Shown: positions 52,126 through 64,000 of the stretch, one piece after another
Numbering within the stretch: the stretch's first letter is position 1
Layout: each line of letters begins with the position of its first letter
DNA from: Camelus ferus
Taxonomy: Eukaryota
NCBI RefSeq assembly: GCF_009834535.1
Contig: NC_045696.1
Span: 21,330,001 to 21,394,000 of the forward strand
DNA: 64,000 nucleotides
Reading direction: 5' to 3'
Notes under the pieces: generated by a model
What the model was told of the DNA's origin: nothing
Seen by the model: only the letters and a program-made list of their open reading frames with translations
Database searches by the model: none
Made by a program: the position numbers and the translations under genes

Positions 52126-53223
52126 AGATTCCGCTTGCTCAACACAAATGATCCAAAGAAACTTTATTTTTTAATTTCGTTAAGAATCAGTCCTGAGTTG
52201 TCCAGAGGCCCTAGACGGGAGCAGGTTTCATGGAAAAATATCTCGAGAGCTATAGCAAAGGATAGAGTTAGATTATTTTTAATTTATATGGCATTTATTT
52301 TCTTTACATTATAAAATTATTTCTTAAGCCCGCATTGAATTGTATTTATTCTCTTATATGAAAATAGTTCTAAACTTTGTAAGCCTATAGTATTTGTAGA
52401 TGAAAATTTCCACCATTTAACAACTTATGCAAGTACTTACCTGATAATAAATAAGATTTAGAGTAAATTCACTTTGGTATTCTGATATGTAATATAAGAA
52501 AGCCCTTAAATAGTTATAAAGGATAAGTATGTTGTTAAGTACAAAAAAATTCACACCTACTTTGAAGGAGTTAGAATTAATTATTACAGCTATTTTGAAT
52601 AATATTTATTTAAAAATAAGAGAGTTGGCGCTAGTGTTGATTTCATATCCTCTCTATAACAAATGTTAAGTAAAATATGATTGTGGAAGACCTGATGTAA
52701 TAACAAATATATTCATTTCCATCTGCACACAGCCAATGCCCAAGAATATATCTTAATACTAAAAGAATTCTGTAATAAAAATGATGATTAGATAATACAA
52801 CTATTTCTTTAAAGTTGTTATTAATTGGTCTACCAAGAGACATGATGAGATAGTCATCTGCTGAAATAAAAACTTTCAATTTTTTAATTATTTAGTAATT
52901 TTCTGGATATCACAAAGTAAAAAGTTAATTCTGCTTATTAATGAACATTAAAATAAGGATATATGGCAGTATCATAACAATGAAAATTAGTGTAATTGTT
53001 CTACTAATAAAACCTACCTGAAACATATGTTGTCTAGAAAAAAATATAGCAAAATATTATAACTTTTAAAATTCAGGTTGAGTATAAATGTTTCCTTCTA
53101 CTAGTCATTTACATCTAAGAATGTATAGTACTAAACACATTTAAGAAACAGAGACACTAAATTTTTAAAAAAGTAATCCAATGTTAACTAAAGTTATACA
53201 CTTTTTATACTTATATATCCTGT

Positions 53224-55130
53224 TTCTTTTTTTTATTATGGCAAGAAGGCTTAACATGAGACCTAGCCTCTTCTCGAATTTTTAGGTGCACAATACAGAA
53301 TTGCTAATTACAGACACAATGCCAGAGTGCAGGTCTCTTGAACTTATCCATCTTTTGTGATTGAAACTTTATACCTGTTGAACACCAAGTCCCAATTTCC
53401 CCTTCCCCTCAAACCCTGACAACCACTGTTGTACCCTCTGTTTCTATAATTTGACTATTTTAGATACTTTGTAAAAGTGAAATTATGCAGAATTTGTCCT
53501 CTCTGGCTGATTTTACTTAGCATCCTCCAGCTTCATCCATGTTGCCACATATGGGAGCATTTCCTTTTTTAAGGCTGAATAATATTCCATTTTATGTATA
53601 TACCACATTTTTAATCCATTTATCCATCAACAGACATTTCAGTTTCTACCATACCTTGGTTGTTGTGAATAATGCTGCAGTTGCTGGGAAACAAGTTGCT
53701 GGGAAACAAGCCGCACCTAAATTTCCATGAACTTAGAATATTATATTCATACTTGCTTGCTTAAAATGCACATGCTTGCTTTGTTTTAATGTTTTACGCA
53801 GTAGATGACCTATAGCACATATTATGCTAAAGAAAATTTGTGGTGGGCAATCCTGAGATTGACCATAAGGGCACGAAGGAGGGCAGATATTTCCTTAGGG
53901 TGAAACAATGGACGGTCCTGGAAAGCCAGATCATCCATTAACAGAACTTTGTTCTGGCATGAAAGCATGCGGTTAAGCCCAGGAGAAATATTTGCTATCT
54001 CAATATGTCCCAGAGGCAATAACAGGATATATTTAGAAATTTTGCATACCCTGAAGAGGGTGATTGTTCCTGGAAGGGATAGGCCTGAAATTAATCAAGT
54101 AATTAGCAAGCAGAACTTGGTGATTATCACATGGAATATCTAAAGCCTCTCCTCTTTGATCGCATTTTTTTCTGAGCTGTTACTCCTAATAAATATGATG
54201 TTGACCAGGCTTTTGGGACTCTCGATCCATGAGATCTTGAGTCCCCTGGTCCCATCTTTGCTTTTTACTTTGTGCTGGACACAACATGCAGTGAACACGG
54301 GAGTGCAGTTACCTCCTCAAGATCCAGTTTCAATTCTTTTTAGTATGTACCTAGATTGGGATTGCTGGATCTCTTGGTGGTTTTATTTTTAAACTTTTTT
54401 AGAAAGCTCCATAATCTTTTCTGTAGTGGTTTTACTATTTTGCCTTCCCATCAACAGTGCATAGGAGTTTCCTTTTCTCTACATTCTCACCAACATTTGT
54501 TATCTTTCTTTTTTATCTGTGTGTGACGATAGGTATGAGGTGATATTACATTGAGACTTTGATCTGTATTTCCCTAAGGTTTAGTGATGTTGAGCATCTT
54601 TTCATGTGCCTGTTCAAATTTTGTATGTCTTCTTTGGAGAAGTGTCTGTTCAAGTCTTTTGCCCATTTTATTTTGCTTTTGCTTTTGTTTTTTGTTTTTC
54701 GCTAGTGAGTTGTAGGAGTTCCTTATATATTTTGGATATTAATTAGTCCCTTCTCAGATGGATGATTTGCAAATATGTTTTCTGTAGGTTGACTCTTTAC
54801 TCTGTTGATTGTCTTCTTTTGCTACACAGAAGCTTTTAGTTTGGTGTAGGCTTTACTTGTCTACTTTTCCTTTTATTGTCTGTACTTTTGGTGTCATATC
54901 CAAGAGATCCTTTCCATCACTGTGTCATGAAGCTTTTCCCCTGTGTTTTCTTTCAAGTTTTAAAATTCCAGGCCTTATGTTTAAATCTTCAATCTATTTT
55001 AAGTTGATTCCTGTGTATGGTGTAAGTAAGGATCCAGTTTCGTTCTTTTGCATGTGGAGATCCAGTTTTCCTAAAGATACTTGTTGAAGAGGTGATCCTT
55101 TTCTCATTGTGTATTCTTGTCACCCTTGGA
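53224..55130 (-). mobile_element. L1MA-type 3' portion (ORF2 end + 3' UTR) split by a solo LTR
   Basis: T tail at 53224, cttaacatgagacc, aaggctgaataatattccatt. The consensus gtgaataatgctgcagtgaacacgggagtgcag is restored when 53682-54292 is removed. Antisense ORF2 continues to ~55130. Confidence 0.9.
53682..54286 (+). mobile_element. Solo LTR with 6-bp TSD (class II / ERVK-like)
   Basis: TG...CA termini, perfect TSD TGCAGT (53676-53681 and 54287-54292), AATAAA at 54188-54193, U5-like end gtgctggacacaaca. Confidence 0.85.
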
Positions 55131-56850
55131 AGTTGGAGGACCAGAGTTTACAAGCAACATATCCCATTAGTTACATATTAATCATAACTAGAAAATTTAC
55201 AGCATAAGACCATAATCAATTTTTAAAATATTAAAAAGAATTGTGTTTGACTGTGGCTCCCCAAATCAGGGTCCATACACTATGACAGCACTGTGGCTTT
55301 AAGTATTCAGTTGATGGGATGTGGTTTCCAAATTAGGCCAATATTAAGCCAGTACATAGGAAAAACTATTTAGATAAAATCCTATATTTTCAAGAATTTT
55401 GGTAAGAGGCTTGGTGTCAGCAAAAGAGCCAAGAATTAAAAGAATTATGCTACTGGAACTAATTTACCATCAAGATGCAGCATTAAAACTCAGCAGGGAT
55501 TGTGGGAGAGCATGTTGTATTTAAGAGCTTCTACATTAGACCTACTGAGAAAATACTAGTCTTTAGCTTAAAGCTTGGTGGCATGCTGGAGAGAAACAGC
55601 TTAATTGAATTCTTAAAGTCCCAGAGCAGGTAATAGATTAATTTGAGCTTGTCAAACAAAGTAGCATTTAGGTTGTATCATTCACTTTCCACTGTAAACA
55701 AGAAGGTCTGGGTCTGTTTAAGGGACTTGCGATTGTAATTCCCAGTTTTTAAGAAAGCAAAGCTTCAAGCCCAGACCTGGGAAAGTACTGCCTTTCTTTT
55801 TCTTCAAGAGTAATTTGATATCTTTATATTTACTTCCATGATTTGAAAACATTTTCTAAGGCTTCCTTCAAGTTATCTCCAGGTTGTCCCCCTATATATC
55901 TGTCTCTTATGACTGCCGTATATGAGCTCTTTTTAAGCAAAATCGGGCTTTTCATTATATATCAAGCTGTCTGACACATAAGCTTCTTTATACCTTTGGT
56001 TTTCATTATTCCTTTTTTCTTTTTCTTTTTTTTTTTTAAATCATTCTCTTTTCTGGGCTAATTGTAACTTACTGGCCTAACACTAGATAGAACCATCCAG
56101 ACATCACTTTCTCTGAATGGAAAAGCCCTTTCCATTAGAAAATCATTATTATTAACATTCATGTGCTGCATTTTTACAGTTCTTCATAGAGTCCAACCAC
56201 TTCTAACTTTTTAAACTTGTTTAGCTTTTAACTTTTTTAATCTTTTAAGTCATTTTCTGTATATGATTTTTCCTTCATATTGACTGTGAAGACTTTGCTG
56301 GCAGATGCTTACATATCTTTAAATATTAAGTGTACATTCTACATGGGGAAAATAGCTGATAATTACTACACATAAATTACAATATTCTTTTCCAAAAGGA
56401 ATTTTATGTGAGTGTTCATAATTCTTTGTGAGAGACTATATATACTATTGTTTCCTGGATTGAGCATTGTTACGCTTCCAGCTTGGGGGGTCAGCCTCCT
56501 TCCTAAGAACTAAAAATAATTAGGGTGAGTCCTTAAACATTTAAGTCCCAAGTTTTCTTTGCAAATATTCACTTGAATGATGAATACATATGACTATTAC
56601 ATTTGATCATGCTAATGCATGTTTATTATAATTAGCTTGCCCATTTGACTAACTTCATTTCCATGCATATATTGGAGAATTAAATGCACATACATCAGAA
56701 ATTGGAAAAACAGAAGATTTCTTGAAGTGACAATATTATTTTACTGCACTTTTTATTGCAGCCAATTTTTGGTTGCTATTTTTCTGTGAGAGAAAATTGC
56801 TGAACATATAATGGACTATATCAAGAAACACTTAGGAATATTTTATTTTT

Positions 56851-56975
56851 ATTTGATTTATTTTTAGGGAGAGGTAATTAAGTTTATTTATTTTTAGAGG
56901 AGGTACTGGGGATTGAACCCAGAACCTTGTGCATGCTGAGCATGCACTCTACCCCTTGAGCTATACCTTTCTCCC
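56851..56975 (-). mobile_element. Camelid tRNA-Ala-derived SINE (Vic-1 type), long-tail form
   Basis: ggaggtactggggattgaacccagaaccttgtgcatgctgagcatgcactctacc..tgagctatac; tail with taaataaacttaattacctctccc (antisense); 14-bp TSD aatattttattttt (56837-56850 / 56979-56992). Confidence 0.9.
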
Positions 56976-59600
56976 TGAAATATTTTATTTTTCAGACCCA
57001 TCCTTTTTTTCCTTCTTCTACTTCTCATTTCATTTTCTTTACTACTGTATTCCACAGTAGGAATATATTCCTATATATACATTGATAATATATTGCTTTA
57101 CATACATTTGACCTCTTTTAAAAGGAATTAAGCCTCAAAAGGGAGCAAGTAAATGTTACATGGTGAGGAGAGCAGGATGGAAACAAGGTTTTTTTTTAAG
57201 ATGGAAAAATAACAATCAGCACGTCCACATTATAAGGAGTGATTAATTGGAGAGTAAACTAAGCTATGACAGAGTAGTAGGAAAGTAGGAAGAATTTCTG
57301 GAACACCAAAAACAGTACTGCTGATTACTGGAATTTTCAAACTTATTTCGCAGATATTAAGGGCTTCCCCCGCCCCCTTTTTGAAAAATTTTCCTAGTCT
57401 TCTAATGTGAATTTTTTGAAAATTCTAAGACCATTCTTTTCTCCTAAACAAATCAGGTACTTCAAATTTTTCCAACCATGTCCTTCAGAAGCTGTTGTCT
57501 CCTTTTTATGTGCTTGGTTGGTTTGCTACCCTATAAGCAGAGCTATTTAGAGCATTTTCAAACCCTTTCACTTTATCAAAGCACCGCTTTTGAGTGACTC
57601 TTTCTGTAACAGTGCTGTTACCGTGACGCAGACTTTAATTATCTCTATTGACATATTTGAGTCCATCAACAAAATGATAGAATGGATAAAATAAATTGTA
57701 AGAGCATATTTTCCATTGGAATGAAGAGTACATTAACATACTTACTCCCGTTCCCTCATCTGGGTTTATAATTATTTTTAGACACTATATTTAAATTATG
57801 GTTTGCATCAGCATGTTCCTATTAATTTTTAAGTAACTCAGAGCTAAGAAAATGTCCTGTTTATTTTAATTTTCTTCAAAAAATAATAAAAGATTTCCTG
57901 CACATAAAAGCACTCAATATTTATTTCAAAGGAATTCAATGCTTTACACTTTTACTCTCTGATATAATAACCAACCTCTTTAACACACATGGAGCGGGAC
58001 TGACTACCTCTGTGAAGGAAATCTGAGTTGTTTATGTACATTTCCTCCATGAATCCATACATTTCATTTATACAAAAAAAAAAAAAAAACACATTTATTT
58101 GGCTCCTGTTAGATGCAAGTGATTGAGCTACAAGCCAAAGATACCAGGGGAACATCACTGTTTAACAGAGCATCACCACACCACAACATTGAGAACATGC
58201 TTTGTGAAGTTTTATGTGAAGTGAAGATGAGGAAATTGTTGCTTATTTCTCTGTTAATTTAAAATTTCATTTTTTTTTTTTGGATCTGAGTGAACAGTAA
58301 TACTACGATGGTTTTGGTGAAGAGGGCAGAAGTGGGGGAGAAATAAACTGAGTCAGAATAAGGTAGCATTGTCAAAATATTCAGAAAAAATGTCTCCCAT
58401 ATTGAACTGCAGGTTCTGCTGGAAATTAAGTGAATATCAAATTTGCAGCAAACCTGTTGCTAACAAATTATTATCTGTTTTAGGGGAAAATGGGAAAATA
58501 TACCTGGTGTTCCTTTGTAGCACTAGATACTTTTTAGACAATGGAGTTTATAACTAAATTAACATGAATGGCCTATGACAACTGTGAATAAAGGCAATTT
58601 TTAGTTGTTAGAAACCAAATCAAAAGATAAGTGGAACAATAGTTCGGCCTTTGATGTCATGAATCATAAAATAATGATTAGACTCTAAATAAAATTAAAA
58701 GCTTATTAAATAATAAATGATGAGAAGATTTGAAAAGCCGTGTAAAAATGGCTACAACTTTTTGGAAGGTGTCTGATGGAAAGAAAGTTGAAAAATTAAT
58801 AAAAAAAAATGACTTGCAAATTTTTAAATAGAAGAGAACCAATATACAAAGTCCTTTATATCTTACAATGCAAAAATTAACAGATCACTTGAAGAAATAC
58901 GGTAAGTCAGAGAATGAAATCATAGTATATATTAAAAATGCAGTGCTATTTATCAAAGTTTAATGTGCTGAAGCATGAAAATAGAAATTATTAATTATAT
59001 ATTTTTAAAAATTAATTATGAATTTTTCATGCTTCTATAAAACTGACAATTTTCAAACAATGCTAAGTAGACAAAATAGAAAATGAGTTCTCAAATTGTT
59101 TTGCTGATGAACAGCACATTGCTCTGAGTGTTTTTGTTCATTGTTGGTTGTCACTAGGGAATATATTAATAAATTTCAGGAAATAATTGAAACACAACAT
59201 GTATCAAAATATGCTTATGTCTATACATACCTAATGATCAGTCAAGTTTTATGACATTGTTTTTGTATATGATCTCTTTATCATGTTTTTATCATATGCT
59301 AAATATTGTAGTAATTCTTTCAAAAATATTGTAAAATCGAAAATGTTGACCTATTCAGTCTTTGAATATAGGAACAATATTTTATTGAATATAGTTGTAA
59401 TTTAGATGGTGTACAACTTTTGCATAATGAAAGCAATAGAAAATTAATATTTATTTTAATAATTTGATAATATATTACTAAATGGAGACATATTTTTACA
59501 CAAAACATTTAACAAAATTAAACAAATTTCTGTTAGTATTGAAGTGAAATAAACTAGGTAATACAGAAACAACTAAATGCATAAGTAAATTTTAATCTGT

Positions 59601-59996
59601 TGTATTAGTCAGGGTCTTTCAGAGAAAAAGAACCAATAGGATGTGTGTATTAGAGAGAGGTTTATGTCAAGGAATCAGTTCATGTGTTGTGGAAGTTGCC
59701 AAGTCCAGAATCTGCAGGGTGGGCCAGCAGACGAGATCTCTGAAAGCAGTTCAAGTTCAAAGGCTGTCTCCTTCCTTCTTGCTTTGCTTTGAGGAGGGTT
59801 ATATTTTGTTCTATTCAGGCCTTCGACTGATTGGATAAGCTGACCAACATTATGGAGGGCAATCTGCTTTATTCTAAATCCACTGATTTAAATGTAAAGC
59901 TTATCAAAAACACTCCACTGAAACATCCAGAATAATGATTGAACAACCATCAGAGCACCAGGGCCCAGACAAGTTGACACAAAATTAATCGATTCA
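59601..59996 (-). mobile_element. MLT2-type ERVL solo LTR
   Basis: tgtattagtcagggtctttcagagaaaaagaaccaatagga...ttcaggccttcgactgattggata...catccagaataatg...caagttgacacaaaattaa. Confidence 0.9.
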
Positions 59997-60299
59997 GATG
60001 TGATATAAAAATTACCCTAAAAATTAGATATTACCAGAATTATGTTGAGGTCAACTTTATATATCATTATTAACTATTATGTTAAAATAGAGTTCACAGT
60101 AGTAATTCAGGGAGGAAATCCTAAAGGATTTAGAGGTTAGCGCAAAACCCTATTTGTGAATTTTACATATTTTCTTTATCTATTATAAAGATATAGTGGC
60201 TATGGCTTTCTGCTGGAGAAAATTAAAAAGAACTCTTGATGGAAACCCAAATCTCATTAATTCTGGGCCCTCAGATTTGCCCAACAAGTCCATCTCTTA

Positions 60300-61160
60300 G
60301 TCTACTTGGTATTCTTTCTCTTCGTCAACATTTCTAAAGTACTCCCTCCTTAAGACATCCATCCTACCAGCATACATGAAGTCTTGCCTACTATGTACAG
60401 AGGAAATGTGTGCTATCAAATGAGAAATATCGCCTCATCTCCCTTACAATGGCTGTATCCAAGACTGGCTGTAATACAAGCCCACCTGATAATTCCACCC
60501 TTGTTCTTATACCAATGAGAGAAATTCCATCCTGTTAACAGATGAGTTCCACATAACTGCATTGACTCCTGCCATCTCAAGGATCTTACATGATTCAGCT
60601 TCTTTTCCTGAGACTTCAATTGCCGCCTTTATACTGTTTTCTTCCCATCCATATTTACACCTTTATGGCTCTTGTATGAATTCCTTCCCTTGAACATGCA
60701 TCTTGCAACCATGGCCTTATCACTTTTTGTGCAATTTCATCTTATAGATTACTGGGAACAAATGTACAGTTAGTTTTCTAATTTCTCCCCTCCAACTCAT
60801 TCTTATGTAGTTAACTGCCCCACTGCCCAATAGACATAGCCCACCTATATGTGCTACATATACCTAAAAACCAATGGTACCAAGCTAAAAATATAAAATC
60901 ACCTTCCTACATAATTCATTCATCCTTTTCTCATGTTCTCAAATTCAGGGAAAGGCATCACCATTTACCAGAACTAATATCCCAATGTCAACATGATCTC
61001 TTTCTTCTTTCTTATCCTCACATCTATTTGGACACTATTTCCCATTGATTCTTCTTGTTAAATATGTCTGTCTTAATCCTCACTGTCACTGTCCTAATGC
61101 ATCAAGTCTTGCCTGGACCACTGAATAACTTCCCAACTAACCTCAGCATCTACTGGAGAC
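60300..61160 (+). mobile_element. Degraded L2 internal fragments
   Basis: Pyrimidine-rich L2-like blocks (aaaggcatcaccatttacca, cttatcctcacatcta, cactgtcactgtcctaat...cttgcctggaccactgaataacttcccaact). Confidence 0.5.
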
Positions 61161-61799
61161 TAATTTGTTACTGGAAAAAAAGAAAACATTATTGCCTTTT
61201 AATTCCTTCTTTATAACACTTTTCTAAGAGACTTCAGGTGCAGAGGAAAGTTGATGCAATAAAATGAAATGTTCTATGAAATGTTCTAGACCCATCGGAG
61301 CAACCAGACTTTTAATTTCATGCTTATTCAGGAGGGAAACTAGTAAAGAACGACTCATGGTCTCATCTAGTGTCCCTTGGAAGAGCAGAATACATTTACT
61401 AGTCTTCTGGAGATGATGGCCTTGTGCCTCAAATTAGCTGCTTCTCAATGTCAGAGTCGGGTCAGTAGAAGTAAGCTCATATATTTGCTAAGGTCAGTCT
61501 TAGACAAAGCAGTTCTAGAACTAACCAGTAGTTTCAGACTAAGAAGATGGTGAAAAATTCTGGTACTCTCAGTTCTGAATCAATTCTTCATTTTTCACAT
61601 TTACTCATAAGATTATTTTGTGCATAACATTTATCTGCAGGCACCCTGAATACTTTCATCGACAGTTTCTTATGGAACACTTGCAAGACCTGGAACTTCG
61701 TATTATAGGATACTGAAAACTGAGAATGTGCCCTTGTATGCATACTTGATTCAAGGAGTCAGATTTTACAAGATTTGCTTAATGAGTTGTCAACAGTAT

Positions 61800-62250
61800 T
61801 CAACAGCCTTTTATAAGCCTGCTGCTCATGTCTGCCTTCTGTTGTTATCCTCAGCCTGGAGGTTTCTTGCCACATAGATCTACTTTCAGTTCTAGAAGTA
61901 TCCACAGCTCAGTCTCACCTTCCAGCTTTTATTTATGCTATTCCTACTTCTTCAAGCACTCATTCTTTTCTTCCTGAAATTACAGATACTTCAAGTCTCA
62001 GTCTAAATATAATTCCCCTTGGGTGGCAGAGAGGTAAAATGTTTTTCCTTTGTTCCCATTGTATCCTATACTTTGCCTATTTCTGTGCTGATTACACCCG
62101 ATTTTAATTTCATATTTGTTGGCAGTCCCACTTTACTCCAAGTACCACTAGGATAGTGTCTTTGCCTTTTTTCTTCATTCTGCTATCCTCTGTGTGTAGC
62201 ATAATGCTTGACCCAGAGTGGCTATTCTACAAACATTTCTTGAATAACTG
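61800..62250 (+). mobile_element. L2 3' end
   Basis: tacttcaagtctcagtctaaat...tagcataatgcttgacccagagtggctattctacaaacatttcttgaata. Confidence 0.7.
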
Positions 62251-64000
62251 CATAGTGATATATTTGCAATGAAAGTGTGAGATGAGAGAAGTTAATGGTG
62301 AGGTAACAAGAAGAATATGAACCACCTTATATGTCAATGTATATATTTTCCTCTGTTTATCTTACAGACATTATATTTTATTTGATATTTATGCAATAAA
62401 TCTGGCGCACTGATATATTTCTATTCTTATTGGTACTTACTTTTTCCCTGCTGTCAAGGATCCAGTAAGGTCAGTTCATTTAAAATTTAATTCATGAGGT
62501 GTCTAATCTCCATATGTTCAGATATTCAGTGAAAAATGGTTTGTTTGTTTTACAGAGATGCCCTGATAGATGTGTCTTCTTTAAAAAAAAATCCAAAACC
62601 ACAAATTTTTATTTTTAGTAGTGTCATAGAAGGTTAAAAAATGCAATTTTAAATATGAAGACATTTAGTATGTATTTTTTGCATCTAAATATAAATGCTC
62701 TCTAGCAAATATATACATATTTTTATGCCTCAAAACCTTATGCAAAGAAATGACCTAGATTATCTGATGCTCAGACTCATTATAAAATAAAAATACTGAA
62801 AAGGACTTTTTTGCTATGAATCCTAACTTGCTAGTTGAACTTTTAACTCTCTATGAGTAGGTCAGATGCTAATTAGTAGAATACATCAAAAATGATCCCT
62901 TGACCTTTTAGTGAATTATGAGATGGGAATGAAAATTTGTCATCTAAATTGAAACTTATTGGAAGAGCATTTCATTCAACAAATATTTTCTGAGCATCTT
63001 CCTTATATAATGTATTAAGCTCAAGATTGAAAAACAGGTTTTGGGGAAGACCCAGTTATAGAGATAAGTATTCCTATACATGAAATATTGATCCTTTGTT
63101 CTGAAGCAACTGCACAGCTTGTATATGTCTCCTATTAGCACACATGCAACATTTAAAATAAAACACAAAAACACTGATACCTATGTGAACTTAAAACCGT
63201 CCACGTGCATTAACACTTTTATTCCACTATCATTCCATCCACATTTTCATCATACATAATTTTAACCAATGGCATCTTAATGGTCAGCTGAACAGTCTTA
63301 CAAACTCAGTCTAGAATATTTTCACTTGACGCAAAATCTAGCAAACAACTCCCTAATAGAGAGCACACTTGCGATGTTGCTTCACTTGACATACTGCATT
63401 CCATCTGGTTTCAAAGTAGGACTTGTGGAAAAATGCCAGTGCACATTGCTTCTGTCCAAGCAATTCAATGATTTCTTTCATCTTCAGCTAGTTTTGGTAA
63501 CTTGATATGGTCCCCATGGCAATGAGTTGTCCTTTTATTCCCCAAGTGATTCCAGTTAGAAAGGAAATCTATTTCTTCCCTATGACAGCATTAACAAATT
63601 AATAAAGGCAGTAAGTGTCTTGCCATCTGCACCTTATGTATGAAGGACATTAATCAGGGCAGAGCTCCCAGCTGGGGGCATCTTTAGTGTGTATCCACCT
63701 GGAACACAAACAATGCCATGGATCAGTGGAGTCTGTCAAAAAAACCAGGACAAGATAGAAGTGAGCTGGCCATCCTGTGTTAGGCTAGTCTGCGGGGATT
63801 CCTGTTCACCCTGGGTTGTCTTTGTATTCTACTAAATATCCATCCACAAAAAAATGACTTCTGTTTGAATAGGCAACAAGTGAATTTAAAAATTTTTCAA
63901 TTAACCATAAAATAAAATTAATAATAATGGAAATAAGGCAATTTAATCCCATGGGAAAGTATAGTATAACACAAAATGAATTTGTGAAAACTTATGGTTA

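Noticed and set aside
63375..63480. Minus-strand 42-aa frame containing ETRWNA, reminiscent of the hAT transposase TRWNS motif
   Set aside because: Match of only four or five residues, with no other transposase motifs or terminal inverted repeats.

Overview
AT-rich, CpG-poor mammalian non-coding DNA (gene desert or very long intron). It is very probably camelid, because it carries two tRNA-Ala-derived Vic-1-type SINEs and camelid-style L1 tails. No recognisable protein-coding gene, RNA gene or prokaryotic system is present. The few ORFs with recognisable homology are fragments of L1 ORF1/ORF2. Much of the window is fossil transposable elements: L1 pieces of several ages, L2/MIR, MaLR (MLT1) and ERVL LTRs, a truncated ERV-L provirus (RNaseH/integrase/dUTPase remnants plus an LTR16-type 3' LTR), hAT MITEs (MER3, MER5A), and a younger solo LTR with a perfect 6-bp target-site duplication (TSD). 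The most notable non-repeat signals are a well-formed 99-nt minus-strand exon candidate in a CpG/TACGT-rich patch at ~46.8-47.2 kb, weaker minus-strand exon candidates that might belong to the same unannotated transcript, a possible recursive splice site, and several transcription-factor motif clusters. Repeat subfamily names were assigned by eye from remembered consensus sequences, and the boundaries of old elements are approximate.
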